A stretch of 36,838 nt of DNA from a virus (Duplodnaviria > Caudoviricetes). The stretch lies in IMG/VR virus record IMGVR_UViG_3300020413_000002, positions 1 to 36,838 of that record, one strand, 5' to 3'. This document shows, in pieces, positions 15,287 to 25,600 of the stretch (its first letter is position 1; each line of letters opens with the position of its first letter). A model generated the notes under the pieces. That model searched no databases. It worked only from the letters and a program-made list of their open reading frames with translations, and was not told the DNA's origin. A program made the translations under genes and the position numbers.

Positions 15287-16264
15287 ATGTCACATATAAA
15301 TAGTATTAACGTAAACTTCGTTAAACAATATGGTCGTACTCTTGACTTACTTACTCAAACAATGGGTGGAAAGTTTAAGGGTAAATGCTTGGAAGAAAGC
15401 ATTGAAGGTGAAGATAAATTTTACGACCAACTATCATCTGTAACTGCAACTGAAGCAACAACTTCAGGCGCTACAAATGGTATGGATTCGCCATTAAACG
15501 ACATTACTCATGCTCGTAGACGAGTACAAGCTACTCCATATGATGTTGGTCTAATGATTGACAGATTTGATAAGCTTAAATTACTTGTTGATCCTGCATC
15601 AGAATATGTTCAACAACAAGTACATGCATTAAATCGTAAAAGCGATATTGAGTTCCTTAAAGGTGCTTTAGGCGGAGCACAAAGTGGTGTAAATGGTGGA
15701 ACATCTGTTCCTTTCAACTCTACTGATACTGCTAGTCAGTTTTTAGATTTAGGTACTGGAGCTGAGGCGCAGAAATTCACGTTAGAAAAAATCATTGCAG
15801 CTAAAAGAACACTAGAAACTGCTGGTGTTGATTTAGATGATCCAATGAATACTGCTTACATTGCTGTTAGTCCGTTCCAAATGCATGAGTTATTAGAAAC
15901 ATCTAACGCTGTACAATCTATTGATTACAATAGTGTTAAAGCATTAGTTCGTGGAGAAATAAATTCATTTTATGGATTCCAGTTCTGTGTTTCTAACTTG
16001 TTACCATATATGGATAGTAGTTTATTAGCACCATACTTGTCTTGGACAAATGATGTTCCTCAAAAAGATGGTACTGGTACATCACGAATTGCATTTGCAT
16101 GGGTTAAGTCTGGCATTAGACAAGTAACTAACAACAACATAACAACTGAAATTGAAAAACGTGCTGATAAACGTTTTAACTGGTACTCTTACGCTTCAAT
16201 GCGTACAGGTGCTGTGAGAATGGAAGAAGAAAAAGTTGTAGTTATTCCTTGTACTCAAGCTTAA
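15287..16264 (+). CDS. major capsid protein (BPP-1/HTVC010P type)
   Basis: FVKQY, HARRR, IDRFDKLKLLVDPASEY, DYNSVKALVRGEINSFYGFQF and GAVRMEEEKVV motifs. Confidence 0.93.
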   Translation: MSHINSINVNFVKQYGRTLDLLTQTMGGKFKGKCLEESIEGEDKFYDQLSSVTATEATTSGATNGMDSPLNDITHARRRVQATPYDVGLMIDRFDKLKLLVDPASEYVQQQVHALNRKSDIEFLKGALGGAQSGVNGGTSVPFNSTDTASQFLDLGTGAEAQKFTLEKIIAAKRTLETAGVDLDDPMNTAYIAVSPFQMHELLETSNAVQSIDYNSVKALVRGEINSFYGFQFCVSNLLPYMDSSLLAPYLSWTNDVPQKDGTGTSRIAFAWVKSGIRQVTNNNITTEIEKRADKRFNWYSYASMRTGAVRMEEEKVVVIPCTQA

Positions 16265-16282
16265 TAAAATAATTGTAATACG

Positions 16283-16334
16283 GCTGGCTTTTAAGTGTAC
16301 CTTCTCTCACTTATTGTAAGACCAGCATTTTTTT
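16283..16334 (+). terminator. intrinsic terminator after the capsid gene
   Basis: GCTGG...TAAGTG/CACTTA...CCAGC followed by a T7 run. Confidence 0.65.
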
Positions 16335-16345
16335 AAAGGATTTTT

Positions 16346-16966
16346 ATGTCACTAACTAAAATAGATATTTGCAATCATGCTTTATTAAAAGTTGGTGCTG
16401 ACACAATAGCATCTTTAGATACAGCACAAGCAACAGATGAGGGAACAATAAGATCAGCAAAATTATGTAATGTATTTTTTGATCAAGCTTTAAATGAAAC
16501 ATTAAGAATGTATCCCTGGAATAGTTGTGTTAAAAGAGCTACATTAACACAGTTAACAGATAAACCAGCCTTTAAATGGAGTTATCAATACCAATTACCT
16601 AATGATTGTGTAAGAGTATTGATGGCTTATGACAATGCAGATGGTGTAGATAATAATTGCGAATATGTTATTGAAGGAAGACAGTTATTAACAAATATAA
16701 CTTCTGTATATTTAAGATATGTAGCATTGCCTCAAACAACAACAGATTTAGATTCATTAGCAGCTTCAGCAGTAATTTGTGTTTTAGCTATTAAATTATC
16801 AACACCATTACAATTAGATAATAAATTATCTGTATCTTTAATTAATGAATTAAATGAAGTTATTTTGCCACAAGCAAGAAGTATAGATACATTTGAAAAT
16901 CAATCATGGAGTAATGAACAATCTAACTGGATGTCTTCTAGATATTATCAATCTCCAATAACATAG
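16346..16966 (+). CDS. tail tubular protein A / adaptor (T7 gp11-like)
   Basis: IDICNHALLKVG, YPWN...RATL, YQYQLPNDCVRV and YVIEGRQLLTN motifs. Confidence 0.9.
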   Translation: MSLTKIDICNHALLKVGADTIASLDTAQATDEGTIRSAKLCNVFFDQALNETLRMYPWNSCVKRATLTQLTDKPAFKWSYQYQLPNDCVRVLMAYDNADGVDNNCEYVIEGRQLLTNITSVYLRYVALPQTTTDLDSLAASAVICVLAIKLSTPLQLDNKLSVSLINELNEVILPQARSIDTFENQSWSNEQSNWMSSRYYQSPIT

Positions 16967-16973
16967 GTATTAC

Positions 16974-19721
16974 ATGGCTATATCATATACAAGTAATTTT
17001 AATGGTGGAGAATTATCACGGAAACTAGACGGAAGATCAGATTTACCAATTTATAAAAATGGATGTAGGTCTTTAGAAAACTTTAAGGTTTTGCCACAAG
17101 GTGGTGTAGAAAGACGTACTGGTACAGAATTTATTTCACAAACAAAAAACAATACACAAGTAAAATTATTACCATTTGAATTTTCCTCTGATGTATCGTA
17201 TATAATGGAGATAGGCAATGATAGTGCTGGAACCGATGGTTATATTCGCATTTGGAATAGCAATGATTTATATAGCTCTACACCAACAAATGTAACAAGT
17301 GCTGATGGATCAACAATTCCTTATTTATTAACTGAATTACAAGATATACAAAGTGTAACCAGGTATGATTTAATTGTATTAACACATCCAAATCATCCTC
17401 CTTATTTAATAAAAAGAACAGCTATTACCCCAACGTTTACTTTTGAAAAACTAGATTTTAAATATCCTCCGTTATTAGCTAAAAACACAACTGTTGATAC
17501 TTTAATTACAACTCGTAGTATTTTTGATAATACAACTCCGTCTAATAATAATATAAAAATTATAGCTAGTCGTAGTGATTTTTTTAATGCAAATAGCGTA
17601 GATGGTTATATTGCTATGGACTATGTAAGAACAAGTGAACAAAGAGTAGCATCAGATACTTTAACTGTTTCATCAACTGGAAAAGAATTAGATGTTAGTT
17701 TTACAACTTGGTCTATAACAACTGATGGACTATGGAATGGTGCATTAATTATTGAACGATCTGTTGATGGTGGTGCTTTTGAAAATTTTTTAGTATTAGC
17801 AGACACTACTGGAGGAGGTGCAAGTGGTAGACAAAATGTAGCTTATAATAGTTTACAAAAAGAGGGTCGTAATACAAAAATTAGAGTAGACTATACAGCT
17901 GATACTAGTGTAACAAATTCATTAGAAACAAGATTAAGCACTACAGCAAATTATTTAAATGGATTAGTAAAAATAACTGCATTTGAAGATGGTCATGTTG
18001 CTCAAGGAGAAATATTATCAAGTATTGGTGGTAGACAAGGATTAAATAGTAGTGTTGCTGCTTATGATGCTACTGTTACTTATCAACCAACAAATGTTGT
18101 TAGAGATAGTTCTCAGATATGGATTTGTAGAGCAACATCTACTGGTAATGCTCCATCAGAAAGTACTTATTGGACTTTAGCTGGTGCGCAAACTGATGAC
18201 ACAATATCTAATGCAACTACATTAAATTGGTCAGAAGGTGCGTTTGATGGAACAAAAGGTTTTCCGACAACAGCTGCATTTTTTCAAAATAGATTATGGT
18301 TTGTAGGAACAGAATTAGAACCAGCATCATTATATGCTAGTACCTTTGATGATTTTTATAATTTTAAATTAGGAACAATTTCAAATGATGCTATAAAAAG
18401 AGAAATAGATACTCCTGAAAAAGCTAGTTGGCTTATTGGTAAAAAAGATTTGTTTTTAGGAACAACTGGTAGTGCTGTTCGTGTAACTTCTGCATCAAGT
18501 GATGAATTAATATCTCCATCTAATATACAAACTATATCAGAAAGTGTTTATGGTACATCAAAAATTAAAGCTGTTTATACTAATAATGTTATAGCTTATG
18601 TACAAAAAAACGGATTAAGTTTAAGAGAAATGGTATATTCAGAAAGTGAAAATTCATTTAGTGGACAAGATTTAAATTTATTAAGTGAAGACATTGTTAA
18701 TAGTGGTGTAGTAGAAGTCTTTACACAAAAACAACCAATGCAATTAATATGGTGTATATTAACAAATGGCGACATAGCATTATTGACTTATGAAAGATCA
18801 AGTGAAGTAACGGGATGGTCAAAAATAAAAACCGATGGTACTTTTATTAGTGGTACATCAGTAGCTTCTCCTACAGAAGATTCAGTTTGGTTTTGTGTAC
18901 AAAGAGGTAGTAATTATCAGTTAGAAAAAATACATAAAAAAGCTGATTTAGATTGGTATTTAGATGCGGCTCGTCAAACAGAATTAGCAACGCCATCTAC
19001 AAATATTACCTTTACCTGGGATAGTTCAAATAATTATTATACTACTTCTACCTCTCTTGGTACTGGATTAGATAATAAAAATATATTATTAACATCTGTC
19101 GTTGGTTTTTCACAATTACAAGGACAAATTTTAACATTACAAGATGATACTTCTGAATATAGATTAAGAACAAAAGATGATTCTGCTTATATTATAGGTA
19201 CTGAAAACTTTACTTGTACAGTAACTATTGTTGAAAACACAATGAACAACCTGGCTCATTTATCAGGTAAAAAAGTACAAGTTGTTGCTGATGATTCTTT
19301 TGCTAAAACATTAGATATACCAAGTGCAACAAGCGATAGTGATAATATTGATTTAGGATTATATGCTAATAAAATATTAGTTGGTTTACCTTTTACAAGT
19401 ACATTACGACCAATGCCTATTGAACCACAATTAGTAGGAAGAATATCGCAATCAAGAGTAAAAGCTATGTCTAAAGTTATTGCTAGATTTTTAAATACAA
19501 AAGGTGCAAAAATAGGCGAACAAGGTAAACAACCTACTAATTTTCCAGTAGCAAAAACAACAGATAAAGCTGGAGAACCTATAGCATTAACTACTGGAGA
19601 AAAAAGATTTTTTACATCTTCTGATTGGGATAGAGAAAAAGTAATTGAAATTATACAAGATTTACCATACCCTATGTCAGTATTGAGTTTAGCAGTATGG
19701 TTAGAAGTAGAGGGTGGATAA
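16974..19721 (+). CDS. tail tubular protein B / nozzle (T7 gp12-like)
   Basis: NFNGGELS...GRSD, QGGVERRTGT, LLPFEFS, WSEGAF...GFP...FFQNRLWF, and C-terminal QDLPYPMSVL. Confidence 0.92.
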   Translation: MAISYTSNFNGGELSRKLDGRSDLPIYKNGCRSLENFKVLPQGGVERRTGTEFISQTKNNTQVKLLPFEFSSDVSYIMEIGNDSAGTDGYIRIWNSNDLYSSTPTNVTSADGSTIPYLLTELQDIQSVTRYDLIVLTHPNHPPYLIKRTAITPTFTFEKLDFKYPPLLAKNTTVDTLITTRSIFDNTTPSNNNIKIIASRSDFFNANSVDGYIAMDYVRTSEQRVASDTLTVSSTGKELDVSFTTWSITTDGLWNGALIIERSVDGGAFENFLVLADTTGGGASGRQNVAYNSLQKEGRNTKIRVDYTADTSVTNSLETRLSTTANYLNGLVKITAFEDGHVAQGEILSSIGGRQGLNSSVAAYDATVTYQPTNVVRDSSQIWICRATSTGNAPSESTYWTLAGAQTDDTISNATTLNWSEGAFDGTKGFPTTAAFFQNRLWFVGTELEPASLYASTFDDFYNFKLGTISNDAIKREIDTPEKASWLIGKKDLFLGTTGSAVRVTSASSDELISPSNIQTISESVYGTSKIKAVYTNNVIAYVQKNGLSLREMVYSESENSFSGQDLNLLSEDIVNSGVVEVFTQKQPMQLIWCILTNGDIALLTYERSSEVTGWSKIKTDGTFISGTSVASPTEDSVWFCVQRGSNYQLEKIHKKADLDWYLDAARQTELATPSTNITFTWDSSNNYYTTSTSLGTGLDNKNILLTSVVGFSQLQGQILTLQDDTSEYRLRTKDDSAYIIGTENFTCTVTIVENTMNNLAHLSGKKVQVVADDSFAKTLDIPSATSDSDNIDLGLYANKILVGLPFTSTLRPMPIEPQLVGRISQSRVKAMSKVIARFLNTKGAKIGEQGKQPTNFPVAKTTDKAGEPIALTTGEKRFFTSSDWDREKVIEIIQDLPYPMSVLSLAVWLEVEGG

Positions 19722-20170
19722 TGCAATTAACAAGACGTAAACATATAGATCGAATAGAAAACTTTTTAAAACAAGTTCCTGAAAGTTGTACAAATGGAGA
19801 TGGAACAATTCCAGTTCATCATTATTTTCAAGATGGTATCTATACAAGAGAAATAGAAATTCCAGCTGGAACATTATTAACAAGCGAAATACATAGATAT
19901 GCTCATCCTAGTTTTTTAATGGTAGGTAAATGTATAGTAATGACAGAAAGAAATGGTACTGAAGTTATAGAAGCACCTAAATTAATGATTACGCAAGCTG
20001 GTACTAAAAGATTAATTTATGTTTTAGAAACTTGTGTATGGTGTACTGTACATAGAACAGATAAAACAACTATAAAAGCAGCAGAGGAAGATATTATTGC
20101 GCCTGATTATAATGATAAAATTTTATTACAGAATAAGGATAGATTATTGGAGGCAATATCATGTCAATAG
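19721..20170 (+). CDS. cupin-like protein
   Basis: HYFQDGIYTREIEIPAG...IHRYAH...GTKR...WCTVH; probable start is ATG 19721 (TAATG coupling). Confidence 0.75.
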   Translation: MQLTRRKHIDRIENFLKQVPESCTNGDGTIPVHHYFQDGIYTREIEIPAGTLLTSEIHRYAHPSFLMVGKCIVMTERNGTEVIEAPKLMITQAGTKRLIYVLETCVWCTVHRTDKTTIKAAEEDIIAPDYNDKILLQNKDRLLEAISCQ

Positions 20171-20688
20171 TAGCGATAGCAGTAGTTGGTGTAGGTACTG
20201 GTGTATATAGTGGTTATCAACAATATAAAGCTGGTAAAGAGGCAGATAAAATTTCAAAACAAAATGCAATTATATCAGAACAACAAGCACAAGCACAAGC
20301 AGAACAACTAGATCAAGAATTATTAAGAGGCGCTGAAAGTCAACAAGAAGCTTTTGCAAAACAACAAATGTCATCTATAGCATTAGGTGGTACTGGTAGT
20401 GAAAATGATTCATCATCATTAATGTTTCAATCAGATTTAGTTGAAAAACTATTTATGAATAATTTAGATAATAAATATTTACAAACACAAGCATTAACAT
20501 TAGGAACAAACGAAGCAAATTTAGAACGTTGGAGAGGAGATGCTACAAGAATAGCAGCAAGAAATCAAGGTATTTCAACAGCATTAAATAGCGCTGTTAG
20601 TTCTTATGGAATGTATGCTGGTTACCAGGCACAAGTTGATTTAGCAGCTCAATTAAAAAATAGACCCAAACCAGAGGGAACAGGTTAA
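20161..20688 (+). CDS. internal virion (ejection) protein, T7 gp14-like
   Basis: Hydrophobic Gly-rich N-terminus, A/Q-rich helices, canonical position. Confidence 0.75.
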   Translation: MSIVAIAVVGVGTGVYSGYQQYKAGKEADKISKQNAIISEQQAQAQAEQLDQELLRGAESQQEAFAKQQMSSIALGGTGSENDSSSLMFQSDLVEKLFMNNLDNKYLQTQALTLGTNEANLERWRGDATRIAARNQGISTALNSAVSSYGMYAGYQAQVDLAAQLKNRPKPEGTG

Positions 20689-22304
20689 TGAAACTACAAA
20701 AATCATTTTTTAATAATCCAAGAACAATAAATACTCAAGTTAAAGCTGATCCTGGTGTTGCATTAAAGTTAGGAGAATCTTCTGCTAAATTATCAGAAAC
20801 CATAGGTAATGCTTTTCAAGGCATATTAACACAAAATATGGAAACTAATAATATTATGAGTAAAGCAAAAGCTGAAGTATTTATTAATGATAAAATGCAA
20901 TCATTAAATAATCAAGCTCAAGCTAAAATATCTGACCCTGAAGATTCAGTAAATGTAGAAAATGCTTATGAAACTTTTTGGAAACCTGAATTACAAAAAG
21001 CAAGAGATCAGTTAGCTACAATGGATTTAACACCAGCTGCTCAAATTTCAGCATATCAAGATTGGGATAAAAAAGAAGATATGCAAATAATGAGTTCAGG
21101 TAAATTAGCATTTGATACAAAAATGGAAACAAATGGTATAAATTTATTAGAAGCTGGTAAAACAGCATTTTATCAAAATGAAATAGATAATTTTAAAGGC
21201 TATATGCAAGCTTATGAAAATACTTTTGGAGTAAGTGCTAAAAATCAAGCTGTAGATAAAATACATATTGCTCATATTGATGACACATTAAAAGCTATAA
21301 ATTCAAATTTTGAAACTAATGGTAATGTCCAAACTTCTAGTAAAGCATTATCAGATTATATAGATAACATTAATTTAGACGCAATGAGTCCTGAAGTGCA
21401 AAGACATTTAAAAACAAAATACACATCTACAGTTCTTAAAATGCAAGAAGAATTAACTCAAACTCAAAAAAAATATATAGATGATTTACAAAATAGATAT
21501 AACTTTGGTTTTACAGATGATGAAGAAGTAGACCCAACAACAAATGATAGTGATATGGATAAAGATTTAATTCTTATGGGTGATGAGATGCAAGATTTTG
21601 TTGGAAATGCAATGTATTCACAACTTGAATCTATTACTAAAGGAGACGAAGGATATTTTGTAAAAGGTAAATATCAAAAAGGACTAGATGTTATTGATAG
21701 AGTAATTACTGGAGAAATTAAATCTAAAAGTAAAGGACAATTTTTTAGAAATATAATTGGTTCTAAAGCTTATCTTACACCAGCTGAAGCAATGAAAACT
21801 ATTTATGATGAATATGGAGACCCTAAATCAGACAATTATAATACTGATGTTTATAATGATTTTAGACAAATATTATTTTCAGCTTATAGACAAGTATTAG
21901 AAAACAGAAATATGACCAGGTATTCTGAAAAAAGAACGTTAGGTAATACATTACATTTAGGTTTAAATATTGATTTAGATGAAGATGATTATGGCGAAGC
22001 TTTTTTAACACATTGGAACGCATTAAATGCTTATAGCGAATTACAAATAAATAGTAATCCTGGTTTTAATCCAATTAAATTATTTGCAAAAGATACTTAT
22101 GCATTTTCTAAATGGGTAAAGAAAAATCCTGATTTAGCAGAAAATGAAGAAGAAGTTAATAAATGGATTACAAATAGATATGGGCAAGGTATTCAAAATG
22201 CTTTGAAACAAATAAATAGTAGAAGTTTTTATGAACCATCACGATACAGTAAAGAAGCAGAAGATGACGCTATAATAGATCAATTTATAAAAGAGAATAA
22301 TTAA
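20688..22304 (+). CDS. internal virion (ejection) protein, gp15-like position
   Basis: 538-aa helical protein between the gp14-like gene and the giant gene. Confidence 0.6.
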   Translation: MKLQKSFFNNPRTINTQVKADPGVALKLGESSAKLSETIGNAFQGILTQNMETNNIMSKAKAEVFINDKMQSLNNQAQAKISDPEDSVNVENAYETFWKPELQKARDQLATMDLTPAAQISAYQDWDKKEDMQIMSSGKLAFDTKMETNGINLLEAGKTAFYQNEIDNFKGYMQAYENTFGVSAKNQAVDKIHIAHIDDTLKAINSNFETNGNVQTSSKALSDYIDNINLDAMSPEVQRHLKTKYTSTVLKMQEELTQTQKKYIDDLQNRYNFGFTDDEEVDPTTNDSDMDKDLILMGDEMQDFVGNAMYSQLESITKGDEGYFVKGKYQKGLDVIDRVITGEIKSKSKGQFFRNIIGSKAYLTPAEAMKTIYDEYGDPKSDNYNTDVYNDFRQILFSAYRQVLENRNMTRYSEKRTLGNTLHLGLNIDLDEDDYGEAFLTHWNALNAYSELQINSNPGFNPIKLFAKDTYAFSKWVKKNPDLAENEEEVNKWITNRYGQGIQNALKQINSRSFYEPSRYSKEAEDDAIIDQFIKENN

Positions 22305-22579
22305 TGGATGATACAGATTTTAAAATAGGTGCTTCTACAGATATAACAATACCTTTGCGTAATTTATTATCAATTATTGGTGCTGTTGCTGTAGGTGTAA
22401 TTGGATACTTTCATATCGATGAACGTATAATGTTACTTGAGCATGAACAAGTTAGAATGTTAGACGATATAAGTGCTAATGAAACATGGATAGATGAATG
22501 GGAGTCTGATGGTATATTACCTTTAGACGTAGAACAGAATATGCGTATAAATTTTCTTGAAAAGAAAGTTTTTAAGTAA
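22304..22579 (+). CDS. small single-pass membrane protein
   Basis: Hydrophobic LLSIIGAVAVGVIGYF followed by a coiled-coil-like segment; TAATG coupling. Confidence 0.7.
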   Translation: MDDTDFKIGASTDITIPLRNLLSIIGAVAVGVIGYFHIDERIMLLEHEQVRMLDDISANETWIDEWESDGILPLDVEQNMRINFLEKKVFK

Positions 22580-22692
22580 ATTAGAAAAAAAAAGCTTACG
22601 AGGATTGCGTATAATCGACTTTCTTATACTAACTAATAGTAAGAGTCGTTTAAAATTTAAAATAGATTTAACATACAAATACAGACGTTAAA

Positions 22693-25600
22693 ATGAAAAA
22701 AGCAGAATTTGAACAAAAACTATTAGATAAAGGTGTAAATAAAGATAAAATACCTAAATTATCTAAAAAATGGCAAACTCAATATGGAACATTTGAGGAT
22801 ACAGCTCCTGAATTTAGATTAGCACCTAAACAATATACTCCAAATTATTATGCAACATTAGGAGATGATTACCCTCAAAATAATTTAATATCTACAACTG
22901 ATCAAAATAATACAAAATTGTCAGAATTGTTTAGTTTAAACTATGAAACAAATATACCTACATCGTTAACATCAAGTATACTAAATTTAACTGAACCTAA
23001 TTCAAATTCAGAACAAGCTTTAGCTACAAGAAAAGAAGCATTAGCTGATCCTAATATAAATTTATTAAATAAAACTACAATGACTGGTGGAGAAAATTCA
23101 TATGAAACATATAAACCTTATTATGAATCAATTATTGAAAAATCAAACGAACCTAATTCTACTGGTCAACTTTTTACATGGATAGATAATCTTCCAAGTT
23201 GGGCAGCTAATATTTTTGGTTTACAAACTGCATCAAAAGGATTATTTGATATTGCGTCACAAGCTGTAAGAGGTATAGAAAAAGCAAACTACGATGCTAA
23301 TTTACCTTTTGAAGCTAACATTCCTACAGATTTATCAACTAATTCTCCATTAAAATTAAACTTTAATGGTTTTAGTGAGGCTGGAATAGATGTTGATATT
23401 AGACCATTTGACCCTAAAGAAGTTGAAATTAGAAATGCAGAAATGGAAAAACTTCATAAAGAAGTAGGAGACATGGTTGTTAATAATAGAACATACCAGG
23501 ATGATTTAACAATGGAAGAAATTCAAACTGGTATGTCTGATGTTGATAAATTAAATACTGGAAATAAACTAATAGAAGCTGGTACTGAATTATCTTCTTA
23601 TGCAATTGCTGCAGTTCCAGGATTAGGAATACCATTATCTGCTACAATAAACTTTGGAAGATTATATGATGAGGGTTACCAGGAAACAAGAGATGCTGAA
23701 TGGTCAACTGGTTATGGAATTATAGGTGGAATGTTAGAAACTGCATTAGATAGAATGATAAGTAGTTTACCTAGAAAAATAATGAAAAATCTTAATGTTA
23801 AAACATTACGAGGTTCTATGGGTAAAACAGTAGCTACTATGTTTGGTGTATCTCAAGCATCAGGTATAGGAGAGTTTTTAACAGAATCTTTACAATCTGC
23901 TGCTATACAAAAAAAATCCACAAATGTAATTAACTGGAGACAAGCATTTAATGAAGGTGCTTTAGCTTATATGATTGGTGTTACTGGTGGTAGTGTAGGT
24001 TCTATACAAGGTGTTAGAAATCAATCTAAAATAAGAAGTAGATTAGAATTAGTACAAGCAACAGAACAAGAACAAGTTGATATATTAGAAGATATAAATA
24101 ATGGAAATACAGAAGGCGCAGCACAAAAGTTTTCTGTTATTAGAGATCGATTATTTAAAAAGTTTGCTAAACAAGCTGCTATAAAATTAGACCCTAAAAA
24201 CAATATTGATTTACCTGATAATTTAAAGCCTTGGACATTAGATAGAATACAAGAAGTAAGAGATGCTTTAAATGATACTGAATTAGATAATTGGATTGAT
24301 GAAACTTTTGAAGCTCCTTTAAGAGATGTTGCACGAAAAGCTTTCAAAATGCCTAGCGATAAAACAAGAATAGAATTTAATAGAGCTAGAATAAATTATC
24401 AAAATCGTAAAGATAGTGATTATGATGTAATTGATAACAAAATAGAAGAAGAATCTAAACCAGAAAAAGATGCAATTGATCCTACTGGAGTATGGGATGC
24501 ATATGATTTAGAAAATACTGATGTTATTATTGATAAAGATGCATTTGGTCGTTTTGTTAAAATTGATATTAATAATAAAAATGAAATATTAACCAGGCAA
24601 AGAGTTGAAGAGTTAGCTGATTATAAAGATGGAAGAGTTATTCTTACTGATGAAGCAAAAGATTTACAAAATGTACCTAATTTTGAATTATTTGAAAATA
24701 TAAAAAATACTTCTGTTATTGGAAGTTTAATGAAAACATTAGACGAAGAATGGGATATTCCTGAAGATGTTATCAGGCAACTTTTAATAAATGATACAAG
24801 TAGTGATATAAATGTAACAATGAGTTCTGTTTATAACAACAAGTCATTATGGGATTTAACAAAAGAAATAGCAGATATTGTAAAAAATAATGGTACGCTA
24901 CCAATTGAATTAACTAATGCTGTTAATAATAAATTAAAAAATAATCCTTTCCAGGTTAAACTATTTTTTGATGTATTAAATACTCAAATAAATACAAAAA
25001 AAGATTTAACAAAATTAACTATTGGAGGTTTTGAAGTATTACCTGATAACGAAGCTACTCAAAGATGGGAAGCAATGCGTAATAAAGGATCAAATTTATT
25101 TGAATATGCATTAAGTCAACTTGAAGGTGTATTATTACCACAAGACAAAAATCATCCTACTTATGTTAAAACAGCAAAAGCATATGCAGAAAAATCACAT
25201 GATAAAGATTATAGAAATCATTTAAACCATGTATTTATTTGGAAACGTAAAGAAAGAGTTAAGCAAGTAAGAGAGGCTGTTTCTGATGCTGTTTATCAAG
25301 GTAATATACAATTACTATATAATCAGTTAGATAAATTAGGTATTAACCCTAAAGGCAAGCTAGCACAACTATTAAACCAAGCTACTTCACAATTTCATTT
25401 AGCAGAAAAAGTATTACAAGAATCTAATTCATTAGAAAAAACTAAAGGTAGAGCGCAAGTATCTAGAAGAGCAAAAGAAAATGTTTGGCAATTCCAGGAG
25501 GTACAAGAATTTAGCAGTAAATCTACAAGTCTAAATCAGCTGGCCGCACTTTTTACTACTGCTAAATATTCTAACTTAATTTTTCAAGAAGGTAATGCTA

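Noticed and set aside
22666-22693. dif-like Xer integration site (ATTTAACATAC AAATAC AGACGTTAAAA)
   Set aside because: The XerD-like arm matches 10/11 but the XerC arm does not; this is plausible by chance in AT-rich DNA.
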